This document shows positions 45,941 through 59,911 of a stretch of DNA of 64,000 nucleotides, in pieces. The DNA lies in contig OU015570.1 in assembly GCA_907165135.1 (NCBI GenBank), positions 62,001 through 126,000 on the forward strand. Direction: 5' to 3'. Source of the DNA: Oikopleura dioica (lineage: Eukaryota; Animalia; Chordata). A program made the translations under genes and the position numbers. How positions within the stretch are numbered: position 1 is the first letter of the stretch; every line of letters starts with the position of its first letter. Under the pieces are notes generated by a model. That model did no database searches and had not been told where the DNA came from. It saw only the letters and a list, made by a program, of their open reading frames with translations.

Positions 45941-47240
45941 GATTTTTTTTTACCCCTGATTCGAGCGCGATCCCTCGTTTTCTATTGTAAAAATGTCATC
46001 TTATCGCACCACCAAATGTTAAAAACACCACCAAAAATATTTTTATTCAGTTCCGCCATCGCTTTGGTCAAAAGTGAGAGAGAGGTGAGGACATTTTTGC
46101 CTGGGACAACAGCGCCAGGGGGTGGCCAGACTCTGGCCGCCAGAGATTATCTCCATATACAGTTAATTATGGAATTTTTGGACATTTTTTGTCCGAAGAT
46201 TTTCGCAAAAATGTCCAAAAACTTGCTACACGCACTTTTGAAAGGTTTCCCAAGAAAACCCCTTAAAATTGCAAAAATGTCCAAAAATTTGATGTCCAAA
46301 AATTCAATAAAAAACTGTATGGAGATAATCTATTTTTCCCGGGCAATGCTTTACTTTCATCGGTATAGTAAACAAGTACCCAGAAGTTCAATCCCGGGTT
46401 CAAAATTTCGAAAAAAGTTCATCTTCCGGTAACTAGAGAGCATCAAAGTTCAAAAAAATCAGTTTTTCTAAGAACAATATTTTCTTATTGTAACCATGCG
46501 AATGTACTATTCCGACCTTAAAAAACTCGATTTTAAGATAAAAGTTTGAAAACAAAGATGCTCTTAATGCGGGGGTTAGAGTCTGGAGAGGGCCATTTAC
46601 GGCATTATTGGGGACCAATAATGAGAATTTTCAAAAATCATTTTTTTTCAATTTACAACCTAACCCTAAGCCTAACCCTAACCCTAACCTTGGGGAATGA
46701 TTAAAATATCATCAAAAAATATCAACCTACGCGTTCTTTAAGCGTAATATTCTTAAATAAAGCGGAGGACCTTTGCTCATGTCTTCCACCAGAAGAGGAC
46801 CCTCTTCTTGGAAAAAAGAGTTTATCCCTTCTCTAGAAGCGTAGGTTAATATTTTTGATGATTTTTTCTCCAATCCCCAGAGATTCGAATGCACTCTTTC
46901 AGAAACTGGTGACCTTACATCACTGTAACCTTACTGTAAGGTGTGAAAGGCTTGACAAAATTTAATGCATTTTTCAAATCTTCATTTTCCATACCAATTG
47001 CGATTTTTGGTCTTCAGACCCGCCTTCAATCCCAACTCTCCATCATAAATAGAAAAAAAATCTCCGAAAATTTCCGCTTGGTGGGGGGTGTAATTCTCTC
47101 ATTTTTTGCCTAAGAAAATATTTCGTAGCGAATTTCCTCATAAAGAGTCATGGGCGGCTCCGGGCAAGAGTGATCTCCCCTCCGAGAGAGGGATGAGTAT
47201 TGCCGCCAAATGCCAGCTTCGCAAATTCCTTTCCTATGAC

Positions 47241-47913
47241 TAGGGCCGACGAGCAAAAATTCAACCCCAAGAACCCTTTGTGGTAAAGCCTTGAAACTTT
47301 AGGACAATATGTATTTTGGCCCATCTTAAAAATTTGTAATTGAAATTTTTTTGGTATGATCACGTGATCACGTGATATGGACCCTCGAAAAGCTAGAAAA
47401 GCTTGCCAACCTCGATCCCCTGACCGGAGGTGATCATAATGTAGCTCACATGAAAGAGCACAAAAAGTCCTTCCTAAAGAGTCCAAAACATTTTTGGTGG
47501 CGAGATCACATGACTCGCTAGAGGGAAGTGAAGCGTCCAAAATGGCCCTTTTTGCAAAGTATATTGGCCTGAGTAACCCGTGAAATCTGGATTTTTACCT
47601 CTATTTTAGCGAGTTTCGAGTCCTTATATAGCTTCTAGCGTGTCCTGTAAAGACGGCACCAAGAATTTTTTTGAGGAAACCACTAGAACAAACCAAGACC
47701 TTTCTTTTTGGCCTAACGAGAAGATGATGCCATAAGGGGATCAAGCTCGGCAAGCTTTTCTAGCTTTTCGAGGGTCTGTAACCCGTGATCACGTGGTCAG
47801 ACCAAAAAATTTTCAATAACAGTTTTTAGTTGGGCCCAAATACATATTGTCCTAAAGTTTCAAGGCTTTACCACAAAGGGTTCTTGGGGTTGAATTTTTG
47901 CTCGTCGGCCCTA
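47241..47913. mobile_element. hAT MITE with long TIRs
   Basis: 8-bp TSD CCTATGAC (47233-47240, 47914-47921); TAGGGCCGACGAGC...; the empty-site paralogue is at ~14940-14950. Confidence 0.9.
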
Positions 47914-48368
47914 CCTATGACTCATAACATCAGGAGTCATCAAGATCATAATACATCATAATGGACGCCCGCCGCCTTATCACATCCGGCCCGCGGCGCG
48001 CGCTTCCGCCTATCACAATTCCAGCTCCATCCTGATCCTATTGTCAGATTCTCCTGTCCACTTCCGGTGGCAGCAATAAGTCACTCAACAGCGACACTTT
48101 ACTCTGTACCCCCACCATTCACTGACTACCGTGGGCGAGAGATATCACGACGGAGTAAGAGGGCCCGGGCCGGGGTTATGAATATTTCGCGCACATTTAA
48201 GTATTTTCCAATGCCTGATGGAGGACTTTTATCTGATAGATGAAAATGACTTCTGCGGAGCAAAATCCTGACCTCAAAATTTTTATGGCTTGTTTTTAGC
48301 GCAGAATCTAGGGAGTCGAATGGTACAACTTTTATGTGTCTTAAAAAATGTCTTACTGACTAACCGTA

Positions 48369-51300
48369 GGGAGTTTCCTTACCTCGACCAAATCCTTACC
48401 TCGACCAGATCCTTACCTCGACCAAAATCCTTACCACGACCAGATTCCGAGAATGGTCGACGTAAGGATTTGGTCGAGGTAAGGAAACCGATAGGAAAAT
48501 ATTTTCAAAAACAAAAAATGAAACTGGTCGCAAAAAATTAACCGCACTTTACCCCCCTCTGAGTAGAAAATTTTGGAAATTTATTTTTTTTTAATAATTT
48601 TTACAAATTATATGTTTGATGCATGTCACCAGCTGATGGGGAAAGCTTGGTTATTGAAAAAGAATCATTTAATTCAATAATAAATAAATAAAAAACCGTA
48701 TTTTAATGATGAAACGGGGAGAAACGAAAAAATCGCTCAAATAACCCTTACCCTAACCCAGACCAACCCGACCAAAAGACACCAACAAACCGCCCATCGA
48801 CCCACCAACGCCGACCAACAACCAAATCAAGAAAAATAATCCATGGTCGGGTAACCCGACTCGGGTGGGTCGGTGCCCGTATTAACTCGACCATTTCCGA
48901 CCAAGTCGGTTTTATTGATCCCTAGGGTCGGCGGCGACCACCGACAGTACGGACAATGTCGGGTTTTTGGTCGAGTTTGGTGGGTACCCAACATTGACTT
49001 GTAGTCGATATTCGGTGGAAGGTTAGGTGGTCGGTTTTTGTTTATTTTCGCGAATAATTTAAGAAGAAAAATTACGGGGCGCCCTGGTTATGTCGCCGAT
49101 TGCCGCTGAATGTCGCCATTTTTTGTTTTTGTCCAAAATTATAAAGTTTTTTCCGAAATTGTCAAAACGAATTGGCTCTAGAAATTGACAGAGTTAAAGA
49201 AGGCGTGAAAATAGACGTGTAACCTGCTCGACTAGGGAGGTTCCTATCACAAACTGCGCGGAGCGCTTCCTTCTTTCATACTTATTTGATGATTACATTC
49301 ACAAAAAAAATGTTTGTACTTCAAAAAACTCAATTTTTGAGGGACTTCTAGTCTTGGGCACTTTCGCTTAAAATCTCTAGAACATGTTGTTTATGTTTTT
49401 ATCTCTACAAAATTGCCTTTTGGCGACATTCGGCGACATTCAGCGACATTCGGCGACATTTGGCGGGCATATAATCATAACCATTGTCGCCCAAAATTAC
49501 TTTTGTAACCCATTGCAACCCATGGATGGGTCACCATCATGAATCGACCTCAACTCTCATGGAGGGCGCTCGCAGCACCGACTCAAAAGTGAACGCCGGC
49601 TTCCTGAGAAGATCAGATGAGAAATTATAATTATTATTATTTATATATAATTGAAAACCTGTTCTAAATCCCCTTCCTGCTAACCACGAATAAAAGACCA
49701 CTTCAAGTAAACCACACCGTGTACAACAGTTACATTGGTGACTGAAGTGGGTGACTGAAGTGGGAAGGGGAGCGCGTCGTAAAGTGGTAATTCTCGACTG
49801 TCGTTAGTGCCAATCGGAGACCAAATCAAGACGCAGACCGAGAGGGTTGTCATAATCAAAAAGTTAGAGAGTCGCCAAGGCTCAGTGATAGTTATTGCCT
49901 ATCGCAAAAACGGCCGAAGAGCATCAATCAGGACATTGGCAGATGATAGGGCATTAACGAACATTACGTCGGCGAAACGATTCGCAAGTGTCAACCTTGA
50001 AAACGGAGGGAAGACAACGCTGGTAGAAATGAGAAGGAGCGGGGGCTCCCAAAGCCTCTATTTGCTCGATAACAAGACAGTATGGCCAAAACAGGTACGT
50101 GGCCACCATTTGGTACTGCAGCGCAATCGCTGCATCCGACTGGTGAAGAAGAATTACTACCCCATTTCTCTACTGTCCTCCGACGGCGGTTGGGCCTAGT
50201 TAGGAGTCACCCACGCCTACAAACCGTCCTTCATCATCTTAAACTACTGATCGCAATGTGTTCTCAAGCGCATTGAACCTACTACTACAATTACGCCGCT
50301 TTGGACACCAATTCTAATCATCTCTCACTTCCCACCTGTTACTTCAAAGGCATGGCTCAGAAATGCACGATTCTGATCAAATCGCCCAAAATATTCAATG
50401 AAATCAACTTCCGTCAAACGAATCGTCATCAATTCAGCAAAAGTCGCAGTCCCCAGCAATGGAATCCAGACTGTCTTTGCTCGAAGATGATTTTGCTGAC
50501 TCAGTGCGGTGCATTACTTCCGCTTTTATACGGTCCTCATCATCAGCATCATCATCACATTATAGCCTTCAAAGTCTGGCAGATACTAATCAATCTGATT
50601 CATTTCGGGCTTCATTTGGTAAACTGGATCAAAAAAAAGGAAAATCATGAGCTCCCGCGCTGAAGAAACATTATAGTGCGCGCCTCTTTCTCCTTTTTCT
50701 TGGCAGAAAGTAGTAACCCATTGCAACCCATGGATGGGTCACCATCATGAATCGACCTCCACTCTCATGGAGGGCGCTCGCAGCACCGACTCAAAAGTGA
50801 ACGCCGGCTTCCTGAGAAGATCAGAAGAGAAATAAAATATAATTGAAAACCTGTTCTAAATCCCCTTCCTGCTAACCACGAATAAAAGACCACTTCAAGT
50901 AAACCACACCGTGTACAACAGTTACACTTTTCTTATTTGTTTAGTAGAGAAAATGTTTTTAGTAACATTGTCTCTAGCTTCATTTTCATAAAAAAGCTAA
51001 GAAATTTATAATAACGAAACTTTCGTTACAAAAGTTTCATAACCCTCATCTCTCGATTTCAAAGATTTTTCGTCATTCTTATTAAATAAAAAATACCGAC
51101 TATCGACACTACCAAAAGGCCGACTCTGTCCGACCCGACACGACCATGATTTGAGTCATTTTAAAGTGACATGACCCGACTAGACCTTAAAAAAGGGTGG
51201 TCGGCGCCGACCCGAGGCATGTATCAGATTGAAAATTCATCAAAATTATTTTTGAAAGAAATATATGTATAAAATTTTCTGCTGAGAGGGGGGTAAAGTA

Positions 51301-51493
51301 CGGTGGATTTTCGCGACCACTCTCATTTTTTGTTTTTGAAAATATTTTCCTATCGGTTTCCTTACCTCGACCAAAATCCTAACCTCGACCAAAATCCCTA
51401 CCACGACCATTTTCAGAATCTGGTCGAGGTAAGGATTTGGTCGAGGTAGGGATGTGGTCGAGGTAAGGATTTGGTCGAGGTAAGGAAACACTC
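48369..51493. mobile_element. Foldback family A composite carrying the LTR element
   Basis: Outer ends GGGAGTTTCC and GGAAACACTC. The 9-bp flanks differ (CTAACCGTA vs TTCTCGACC), suggesting a recombinant. Confidence 0.7.
49504..50926 (+). mobile_element. Third full copy of the 1.4-kb LTR element
   Basis: Same CTTT TSD and flanks as 39276-40696. Confidence 0.9.
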
Positions 51494-53147
51494 TTCTCGA
51501 CCCCCCTCTGAACATAATTTTTCAAGCATCATTTTTTGAATATTTTTTTTTAATTGAATAAAATTTTTCAAGAGACGTTTTCAAAAATTTCGAGTGGAAA
51601 AAACGCGTCTTCTAAAGAAAATACTATAAAGTAAGCGTTTCCTTGTTTGTTGTTCGCAGATAAGATTCCGGACTAAAATTGTTGATTTTCAAAAAAAACT
51701 TGGAGCAAATTGGGAGCTCCCAATTTACTCTTAGTCCCATAAACTTGTGCTCCTGCTCCCAAAAATAGGAATCTCCCAATTTCGATCCGAAAGATTCCGA
51801 ACTCTGGCAACAATTCAAGAAAATTTTTTGTTTCGCAAATTTTTAAAATCAAACTAGATTTCTTCAAAGCAAATGAGCACAATCAGTTTTCAAAGGAGAC
51901 GTTTTAATCAGTAATATGATAAAAATACTCTTGGATTCGATAATCAATCAAACAAATATGCTCTAGAATTTATCAAAATAATCAATGACAAAATTTAGAA
52001 TCATTCAGAAAATTTTAATATCAAACTAGATTTCTTTGAAGCAAATGTGTACTTTCAGTTTTCAAAGGAGACGTTTTAATCAGTAAGTGGATAAAAATAA
52101 TCTCTTACGATAGATCGTTTTCACAAATGTATTCTCGGCATATTTTTTGGAAAAAAAACATTCTAGAAAAAAATTCTTCCTTTTCACAACAATCTTCTAC
52201 CGAGTTATGGATTTTTTCGAGGTGGGCTGGGGTGGTTTCAAAAATCGCACTCAAACCGCGAGGTGATGTCGAGGTGAGATGCTTGAGGTGGTTTCTAGAC
52301 CAAAATTTTTTTGGTAAAATGTTATTTTTTTGATGATAAACAGTTAGATTGCTTCATTCTAGGGACCCATAATCTGAATAATAATGTATATTCCGCGGAT
52401 AGCTATTCAGAAGAGACGTTTTTCAATCTCAAAATTTATCGTATGTTTCTTTTAGAACCGAGAATCGTTGGGGACACCCTTAAGTTAGATTTTTTTCGGA
52501 TGACAGATTTCGGAGATTTTTCGAAAAAGTGGCCTTAAGTTGCTCGGGCTTAAGTTGGGGTTTCACTGTACTTAAAACGTGTTTTTTGAGAATAAATAGT
52601 GCTCATTAGCTTCGAAAAAATCTAGTTTATTTTATAAATTTGCGAAACAAAAAATTTTCCTGAATGTTAGCCAGAGTTCGGACTCTATGGGAGCGAAATT
52701 GGGAGTCTCCTCTGGGAGCCTTCACTTTCTTGGAGCAGGTAGGGAGCAGGAGCATAAGTTTCTGGGACTGAGAGAAAATTGGGAGCTCCAAATTTGCTTT
52801 ATATTAATAATTTTTCTGTAAATCAACAATTTAATTCCGGAATCTAATCTGCGAACCGAAATCAAGAAAACGCTAACTTTATAGTATTTTCTAAGGGGTT
52901 TTCTTGGGACACATTCAAAAAAAGAGAGAATTGATATCTTTTACTTCTAAATCTATGGTCTTACTTTCGTAATTGAAGCCAATTTTATCTGCAAAGAACT
53001 GTTTTTCGTCAAAAATCTAAATTTTTGTTTAGATTTACGTCTTTAGATTCAATCTTGTATTCTTTTTCTCATTATTTTTTGAGAAAAATCATCAAATTTT
53101 CTTTCTAGGAAAAAATTTAAACAAGTTCGTTGGGACATTTTTTTGGG

Positions 53148-54933
53148 GGTATGGCATCATTATAAAGAAGGCTTCATTATAAAGAGGCTTCATTATAAAA
53201 AAAGCATTATTATAAACGGCTTTATAATGAAGCCTTCTTTATAATGAAGCCTTTTTTATAATGATGCTAGTTTATTTATAATGATGCCAAAAATATTGTA
53301 AACGTAAAAACATCAAAACGAGAGGGTTAATAAGAGCAAAAATTCTGAGATCGCGGACAAAAATTTTTTTGAGAAACGTTTTCTGAGAAAATTTTTGCCG
53401 AAAAGAAGCATCAAAAGCCCTTTTATTTGAATTATATATTGTCAATTCTTCATTATGCACAGGAGAGTTGAACTCATAACTTTTTGATGCGAGATTCAAC
53501 TCTAGCATCGGAAAATAGCCTTACAAGCAGAGTTGCAAATTTTGCTATATTTAGGCATAACGCACAAAAAAGTGTGGTGTTTTAGTTGCTCCCAAAGTTT
53601 CAAACTTGTATCTATTACAGGGAAAAAGTTGATTTTTTTGTGCGTTATGCCTAGCTATATTTCTGCTGAGCGGGCCTTTTTCAGAAGTCCTTGAAGTTCA
53701 TTGTCAATGAGTCATTGAGCTAGGCTAAGCAGACATTTTCTTAAGGTAGTTGAGCTGAGCTAAGCTGAGCAGACCCCTTTTTGCGGGGACGCTCGATTCG
53801 TGTACCAAAAATTTTTTGGTATTCGAAATTCGAATAGCAATTTTTGATTTTCCAAATCCAAGGTTTTTGACCAGAGTTTTTCTCCGTGAAGTTACTACTG
53901 AATCACTCCCAAAGTTTCCTTCAAGACAGGTACGAAGCGCATAGGCACTCTTTGGATCACCTTATTTTGACTTTTTAAGGAGATTCGGTACTTGCACCGA
54001 ATCGGTACACGAACCGAGCGTTTTCCCTTTTTTGAGCTTAGCTGTTTTTCACTAGGAGAATGCTGTTATCTGAGCTGGCTTAAGGGGGGGGGGTCGACGA
54101 GAATCGGGATTTTTAGAAACAAAATTCCGAGAAAACCTGATTGGCTGGGAAAATTTGGACTTTTTGGGTGAAAAGAAAAGGGTTGAAAAAATCTATCGGG
54201 GAAAAGAAGAAAAAATTTTGACCAGAAAAAATGATCGAAAACTTGTCTCAAAGTGGACCCCAAATTGCCATTTTGGCAATTTTCTGATTTTTTCGTCATT
54301 TTTTTCGGACACTTTTGGTAAAGAAGTGCACGAAATTTCTGCGAAGACTCGCGAAACTCTTTGCCGATAGATTCTAAATACCCTTCTATTCCCAACCGAG
54401 AAGTCAAAATATACTTACACAATCGGGTTTTTCAGGAAATTTGTTTTTAAAATTCTTATTCTCGTCGACCTCCCCCTTAAGCTAGCCTTGTCCAAAAATC
54501 AGTGAGCTGAGCGATTGCTCCGATTTTGGTAACGGATTACCAAAAATTAATGGTGATGAGTCCGACCGTTCCCGGTCATCACGTATACTTCGGGCATCGA
54601 AGTGCCCTCGAAATCCGAAAATCAGAGGGATTCCAGAAAAAGAAATCGTTATATAATATAAATTATATTACAGTAATACACAGCTACAGTCATTATCTTT
54701 TAAAGCCTCTGAGTTTCAGTCAAAAATTTCAGTCAATAAATCAGAGGTCGAAGGAGAGTTTACTAAATTAACTCTAGTATTTTCACATTTTTACGCTTTC
54801 AATATTTTTGCATCATTATAAATAAACTAGCATCATTATAAAGAAGGCTTCATTATAAAGCCGTTTATAATGATGCCATTTTTATAATGACGCCTTCTTT
54901 ATAATGAAGCCTTCTTTATAATGATGCCATACC
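53148..54933. mobile_element. Foldback composite, family D (17-bp unit CTTCATTATAAAGAAGG)
   Basis: GGTATGGCATCATTATAAAG TIR; TSD TTTTTGGG (at least 8 bp); bidirectional modules at both ends. Confidence 0.82.
54084..54476. mobile_element. TTAA-targeting MITE (Kolobok-like)
   Basis: TTAA-GGGG..GTCGACGAGAAT...ATTCTCGTCGACCTCCCCC-TTAA. Confidence 0.75.
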
Positions 54934-54943
54934 TTTTTGGGTG

Positions 54944-55623
54944 ACCCTCCTTTGGCCGGGAAAACCTCCTTTGGCCGGGAAAATTTGCCAAAACTCGGCC
55001 AAAGGAGGGTGACGACTCAAATTATCTCTAGAATGCTCCGATAAGTATGATTTCGTGTTTTTCTCGTCTGAAATCATCTTCGGGGACTAACCCTAACATT
55101 TATTAGAGAAATATTCTTCAAATAAATGAAATTTAGGATACTAAAATAAATTTTTGAGGATTGAATGCGGCTATGTTATTTCGAACGGCCTTCGAAAATC
55201 CCGATTTTAAATTTCTGAGATATCATAACAATGAGCTTATATGCGCTCCGCGCCTGATTTATAAGAAAACTCCCTTATAATGCTGCGAACTTTCTTTACT
55301 TACGCGATGTCAATGATTTTAGCTCATTTTTCGGTTAAGATTTTTGGAATATTTCGAACGCCGATCGAACATTGGCCTCAAAAACCGATTTCGAACGTAA
55401 CCGCCAGCCACCCTCTTCTTACTCTATTCTTATACAGAAATAAATTTCTTTTAATTCAAATTTTTGCCACTGAAATCATCTTTGGGGACTCACCCTAACC
55501 CTTTCTAAAGAAAAATTCTTATAAAATCAACAAAAAATTCCATCGGAGCGTTTCTAGAACAAAACGGATTTGACCCTCCCTAGGCCGGGATTTTTCGGAT
55601 TTTCCCGGCCAAAGGAGGGTACC
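54944..55623. mobile_element. MITE with ACCCTCCTTTGGCCGGGAAAA inverted ends
   Basis: Inverted termini are visible; the TSD was not resolved. Confidence 0.55.
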
Positions 55624-58374
55624 CGATTTTTTTCGAGGCTCTTTATCAAATTTGTGGACATTTTTCAGAAAACAAGGGGACAAAAAATGTCCACAAATTC
55701 CATAAATAACTGTATATTGAACAGAATGAACAGAAAGGCTCCCCGGTTGAGCTTATCGGTGTGGAGGCGTGCGCTAGCAGACAAGCGCTGATAGTCGAGA
55801 TAAATTGCATCCACAACGTCTCTTGAAAAATTCTATATTTATAAAAAGCCAAAATAACATAGAGTTTTACTTAAATACTATCAGCAAAATGTATGTTTCG
55901 CCGAGAAGAGACGCTTTTTGGTTCGTTTATTATTTTTTAATATCAAATTAAATTTAATTTAATGCCCATGGCTGGTAATGGCTAGAAATGCTTACAGTGG
56001 CTTGTTAAAACGATTGGAACAAGGTCTCACTTTTGTCAGATGCTTATCATGTTTCCTTTAGGTTTTCTAGTCAATCAAGCCTCTCAAAAATGGCAAATTT
56101 TTGACGGGGATGAGAGAATGGCATTCCGTAAATTTTTTTTGGATCCGTTTCTAAATTTTTTGAACCGTTCCTAATTTTTTAGAAACCGTTGCTGAAAATC
56201 TTGAGCAATAAAGTGGAGAATTGCTTTCATAAAGTAAGGAACCGTTCCTAAAATTTGCGCTAGGGTTAGGATTAAGGTAAGGGTTAGGTGAAGCAATAAT
56301 CTCTTTTCTTTTCTCATAAAACAAGTAAATTTTTATTGAATTAGCTAAAGGGCAGGCGCGAAGCATACGTTTTGTCTTTGGGGCAAGCAAATTGGACTCA
56401 ATGCAAAAAAACTTTGAAAGAACTTGAATTCTTAATAGTGAGGCTTGAAAACTCTAAGGGTCAGAGAAAACTCATTGTAAGAAAGCTAAAACGATCTTTC
56501 TTTTGAAAGGTTAGGGTTTAATAGTTTTTGAGTTTTCAATGCAATATAAATAAAGTTTGTTTCCATTTTTCCGGACACTTTTCAAATTTTATTCATAAAA
56601 ATCATTTTTTGTAAAAAATGAATCAATCGACGGTTGAATGAGATTGTTTTTGGGCACTTGTTGAGCTTGTTGGTGAGGTTGAAGAAAAGGAGCATCAAGT
56701 TCATCCTCAAAATTCATTTTCTACAATTGTTCCTCGAGTGCGTCTATTTCGCCCACTTCCTCCTCGTCTTCATCAACCTGATCTAGGACCTATCTGATCT
56801 AGATTTCTGGAGTGAACAGAAATCTCAAAATGCAGTTCACTGTTCACTCTAGAACGAACAGCGATTTGAAAATCCTGTTCACTGTTAACTCGAGTAAACA
56901 GAGTGAACTGTTCACTCTGCCAGAAATAAGGAAAAAAATTTTTTGCATAATTTTTAAAGTCAAACTAGATTTTTTGAGCTAAATAACACTTATTCGCCTC
57001 AAAAGAGACGTTGCAAGTAGTGAGACGATAATAAATCGTCTCTCTCGATATATCTTACTGCAAAGTGTATTCTCGTCATGAATTTTTTAAAGAATACATT
57101 CAAGAACAAAATTTTTGCTCTTCCACCACAATTTTTTGCTGAAATTTCGAGTCGACAATAACAAATCTGCTCTAGAATTTGTCAAAACCCGGTGAGAGAA
57201 CAGAGTGAAGAGTTCACTGTTCACTCTACTTTTCAAAATGCTGTTCACTGTTCACTCTAGAGTGAACAGAAATTCAAATCTCTGTTCACTGTTCACTCTT
57301 AGAACAGTGAACAGTGAACAGCTCACTCTGTTCACTCTGAGTGAACAGCAAATTTCGAACCCTGATCTAGGTACCCGCCGAGAAAAATAAGTGGTCGATA
57401 TTCTATCCCTTTTCGAGCAAAATATTGGGACTACCGATGAAAGTAGGGGTTGCCCTGGACTCGAGCCCGAATTAGCGACACAAAGTGTGCCTGTTTCGCT
57501 TTTTCATTAAGCGGAGGACCACGCGGAGCCAGCTGGAAGAATTCCTTTTACGAAAAGAAAATCCTCTCACTGAACCCTTTCATTTTTGGATTTCTTTTTC
57601 ATTTTCTTCGAAAAGCTTTGTAAAGTGATAAAATGATTTTTGTTTGAGGCTTTCATTAATTTTACATCGCAATTTGTAAAGAGCGCTACTTTTTCTCGCG
57701 CCTCTCCGCTCTCTATTTCTCACGCCACGACAGCGCTTACTTCAAGGTCGCATATTAAAATCCGAAGATCTTAAAACAAAAATCTGAAAAACAGGATTTG
57801 TAGAACTGACGATTCTCTACAAGACAGTGTAATTTTCAAAAATTTTGGATGAGAAATGTCGAAGAAAATGTCATTTGAAGGAAACTGGCAACTTTCAGAT
57901 AGTTCCTCTTTGACAATCATTACCAATTTTGCTGTGTTAGTAAAAAAGACTTTGATTATTCAGAATCTTTTTGAATTGTGAAAAAATCTTTATCCGTTCA
58001 GATTTTACGGCCTCGTGAGAAACAGGTTCTGGCGGAGCGCGGATCGAGAGAGCAGCGCCGCGCCGAGGTATACCATTACCCTTAAAACAGAAAGAACTCA
58101 TTTTAATTGGTCATACAAAAGGCATTTGAAAAAAAATTAGATACAAACCATAAAAAAATTAAAAACAGGGACAATATAAATTTTTACATCAGATGGTGCT
58201 GGATGGGGTTGGGGACGCAACTGAGAATGATCAACTCAGTGTTTTCCCAGCCTTAGTCAAAAATTTAAAAATCAAGGGACGGGGCTGAAACGGCCCGAAG
58301 GGCCGTCAAGCCCCTTAAATTTAAAAATCAAGGGACGTGGCTGAATCGGCCCGAAGGGCCGTCAAGCCCCTTAA

Positions 58375-59047
58375 GGGTACGGGTGTCGGCGAGGCTCTAA
58401 CTAGGGCTCAATTCCTCGGGATATGAAAGTGGTGGAAAAAATTCGCCTACATTAGAGCAAAGATTCATCCTAGTTCTACATTTTGTCAAGAGGAAATTCG
58501 GATTAATAAAGATTTTTTGTTTTAAAAATTGGCTCGAAGTCGTGATCTCGACCTAAAATGATGAAAATGGGCCTAAAAGAGGCTTCAATTCCGAAGAAAT
58601 GAGCCTGTAAACATACCTTTTTATATTTTTATGTGAAAATTCAGACTCTGATCTTAATTTTGTCAAGAGTTTTGAGATTGAATTACATTTCGTATGGAAT
58701 TGAATTTTTGAAAAACTATCCTTGTTATTACACCGAAAATTCGCATTTTTGAAACTGAGCTACACATTTTCGGCTCTAAAAACGTTTTAAGACAGATTCA
58801 CATAAAACCGAGAATATCATGATGATCCTCATTCTCCAAGCTTTCTAAAAAGCCCTGGATGAAAAAAATCTGAGCCGAAAATTTTTTTTCGGTTATTTTT
58901 TACGAGAGCATATTTCGTAAAATAACAATGATAGCAGCTGACAATTAATTATGACTCGAGCTTAAATTTTTTGTAGAATTCGATAAAATACTTTGTTTTT
59001 ATCCACATTATATTATTACGGGCGATAAAAAGCCGACACCCGTACCC
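58375..59047. mobile_element. TTAA-targeting MITE (Kolobok-like) inserted in the hairpin array
   Basis: TTAA TSD (58371-58374, 59048-59051); 16-bp TIR GGGTACGGGTGTCGGC; absent from copy 1. Confidence 0.88.
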
Positions 59048-59911
59048 TTAAATTTAAAAATCAAGGGACGGGGCTGAAACGGCCCGAAGGTCCATCAAGC
59101 CCCTTAAATTTAAAAATCTTGATCTGCTCTTGAGGGAGTCGAATATCGCCTTCAAGCTTTCTCTTGGCTCGTTCAAGGTCCATTCGAGACTTTTCTCAAG
59201 CTCGAGGGCGATGTTAATCGACCTGCTGTTCGAGTTTTCCCTTGGACTTGGTGAGATTGACGACCTTTTCTTCTTTTTTTGAAGATCTGGTCGTCTTCTT
59301 GAAGAGCTTTCTTCTCCTTTTGTAGCTTGTTAATGGCCTCGCGAACAGAGGCAAATCCCTCGGAATTGTCCTGGGACTTGTTTTCAGTCGCATGCTTTTC
59401 TTTTTCTATCTTGGCAAGAGTCAGTTCAAGATGAAATAGTAGCATTATTACCCTCTAAATGTGAGTTTATAGAAAAGAACCTGGTTGAGTGGAGAGCGAT
59501 TTCGCTTAGCGAGGTGAGGGCGCTGGTTCGAATCTCTGTTTTTGATTTTTACCCCTGATTCGAGCGCGATCCCTCGTTTTCTATTGTAAAAATGTCATCT
59601 TATCGCACCACCAAATGTTAAAAACACCACCAAAAATATTTTTATTCAGTTCCGCCATCGCTTTGGTCAAAAGTGAGAGAGAGGTGAGGACATTTTTGCC
59701 TGGGACAACAGCGCCAGGGTGGCCAGACTCTGGCCGCCAGAGATTATCTCCATATACAGTTAATTATGGAATTTTGGACATTTTTGTCCGAAGATTTTCG
59801 CAAAAATGTCCAAAAACTTGCTACAGGCACTTTTGAAAGGTTTCCCAAGAAAACCCCTTAAAATTGCAAAAATGTCCAAAAATTTGATGTCCAAAAATTC
59901 AATAAAAAACT

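Larger units (their letters stand above)
43545..47193. repeat. Direct segmental duplication, copy 1 (partner 56549-62934)
   Basis: Identical ORF 44213/57205; the partner carries two extra insertions (58375-59047 and 59912-62057). Confidence 0.92.

Noticed and set aside
46658-46690. True chromosome end
   Set aside because: The tracts are only ~30 bp, degenerate, internal and duplicated with their flanks.
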